DNA of 63,252 bases, filler included, from Octopus bimaculoides (Eukaryota), in NCBI RefSeq assembly GCF_001194135.2. It is 6 parts of 6 records of this genome, joined end to end, with 100 filler letters (N's around TTAATTAATTAA, not from the genome) between each part and the next. Parts side by side here need not be neighbours in the genome. Positions count along the whole stretch, not along the records: positions 61,786 to 63,252 come from NC_068988.1; 5 more parts are not named here. The stretch is one strand, 5' to 3'. The notes under the pieces are model-generated. The model was not told where the DNA came from. It saw nothing but the letters and a program-made list of their open reading frames with translations, and ran no database searches. The translations under genes and the position numbers were made by a program. This document shows positions 62,194 to 63,252 of this stretch, piece after piece. The first letter of the stretch is position 1, and each line of letters starts with the position of its first letter.

Positions 62194-63252
62194 TTATCTC
62201 TCTATCAGTTCGTTCATATACGTACATGAATGAGTTTTGGACATGTTTATAAACAAGTGTTAGTCTAACTAAAACGATACACTGACAGCAATGTCTTTAC
62301 AGATGTGTTTTGATGCTATCGGTAGCCTAACATAAATTTACTGTGATGTAGTAAGCATGGACCCGGGAAAAGGGAGGGGGGTGCAGGTGGTTCAAGCACA
62401 TCCCACTAAAATTTTTGTTGGGGTGCAATATCAAAATTTGCAACCCTACTTACTTTTCTCAGGTTTAGAAAATAGTGAGAAAAATGCTATCTGTAAAAAG
62501 TACTTTGAATAGCGTTTCTTCTCGAACAAAGAACATATAAAAATTTGGGGCCTGGGTGTGCACCCCCTAAGCAAATTTCGCTCCCGAGCTAGTGCGCAGT
62601 GGTAGTTGTTGTAACAGCATCGGTGGTGGTAGTAGTAACGGTGGCGGTGGTATTGTTCTCGATGTGGTGGCATTGTAGTAAAAGTAGTTATGTTTTATAG
62701 TTTAGCTCCAGGTTCAATCCTGAAGAGCATCTTTGCAATCTCTTATGTGTATATATTGGTAATGGTATCGGCCGTATCCTTTCGGGCTCGATAAAATAAG
62801 TGCTAGTTGAGTACTGGGGTTGATGTCATAGACTATCCCCCCTCCCCACAAAATCCAGGCCTTGTGCCTACAGTAGAAACGATCATCATCATCATCATTA
62901 TTATTATTATTATTATTTTATGTTTGACTTTTGCTTTGCATTTGTACAATTTGGATCCAAGTCTCACCCAGAGACCTCAAGAGACAACAAGTTAGAAGTT
63001 CATGTAGGTGTTATGCTTAGGGTACCATATATTTCGATTTGTACATAGTGTTGTTCTAGAGAATGTTTAAGAAACCATAAAAAAATTATGTTTGTTTTAA
63101 AATTTGATATCACATAGACAGTATTTTACGTAGGATATGGGCAGTTCTCATGAGCACGATCTTTTGAACTTCAGCCATTTTGGGGTTTCCTGGTATCTGA
63201 GCTAGGTAGTAATCAGCCCGTTACTATTATTATTATTATTATTATTATTATT

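Noticed and set aside
17703-63252. Ras exons 2-5 and SLC22 exons 1-2
   Set aside because: Searched by eye for YDPTIED, DTAGQEE, NKxD and WxLVC/SDR codons and found none; they may be in gaps or outside the window, and a manual search can miss short exons.

Overview
AT-rich, microsatellite-dense, gapped animal genomic DNA; the repeat families and microsatellite density suggest an octopod/coleoid cephalopod (inference). Two host genes are supported. (1) On +, the first coding exon of an R-Ras/TC21-type small GTPase (17598-17702, [35 protein letters not shown]|gtaag) lies in a CpG-rich promoter region; I found none of its later exons. (2) On -, six consecutive in-phase GT-AG exons encode the middle and C-terminal part of an SLC22 transporter (35496->20026); its first two exons are not visible. 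The SLC22 gene therefore appears to be nested antisense inside Ras intron 1. The rest is transposable elements: two Penelope-like elements (one ending in an apparently intact minimal hammerhead ribozyme at 2948-2909), a TSD-bounded, internally deleted Ty3/Gypsy element, two RLE-type LINE fragments, RTE fragments and 3' tails, an ORF1-only L1/Tx1-like element nested in an RTE, mariner/Tc1/Tigger remnants, a Helentron-like tandem junction, fold-back elements and many copies of at least three tRNA-derived SINE families. SINE copies between about 12 and 42.5 kb show CpG decay while flanking copies largely do not, suggesting a historic gene-body methylation domain. Nearly all other ORFs in the track are microsatellite or N-gap artefacts.
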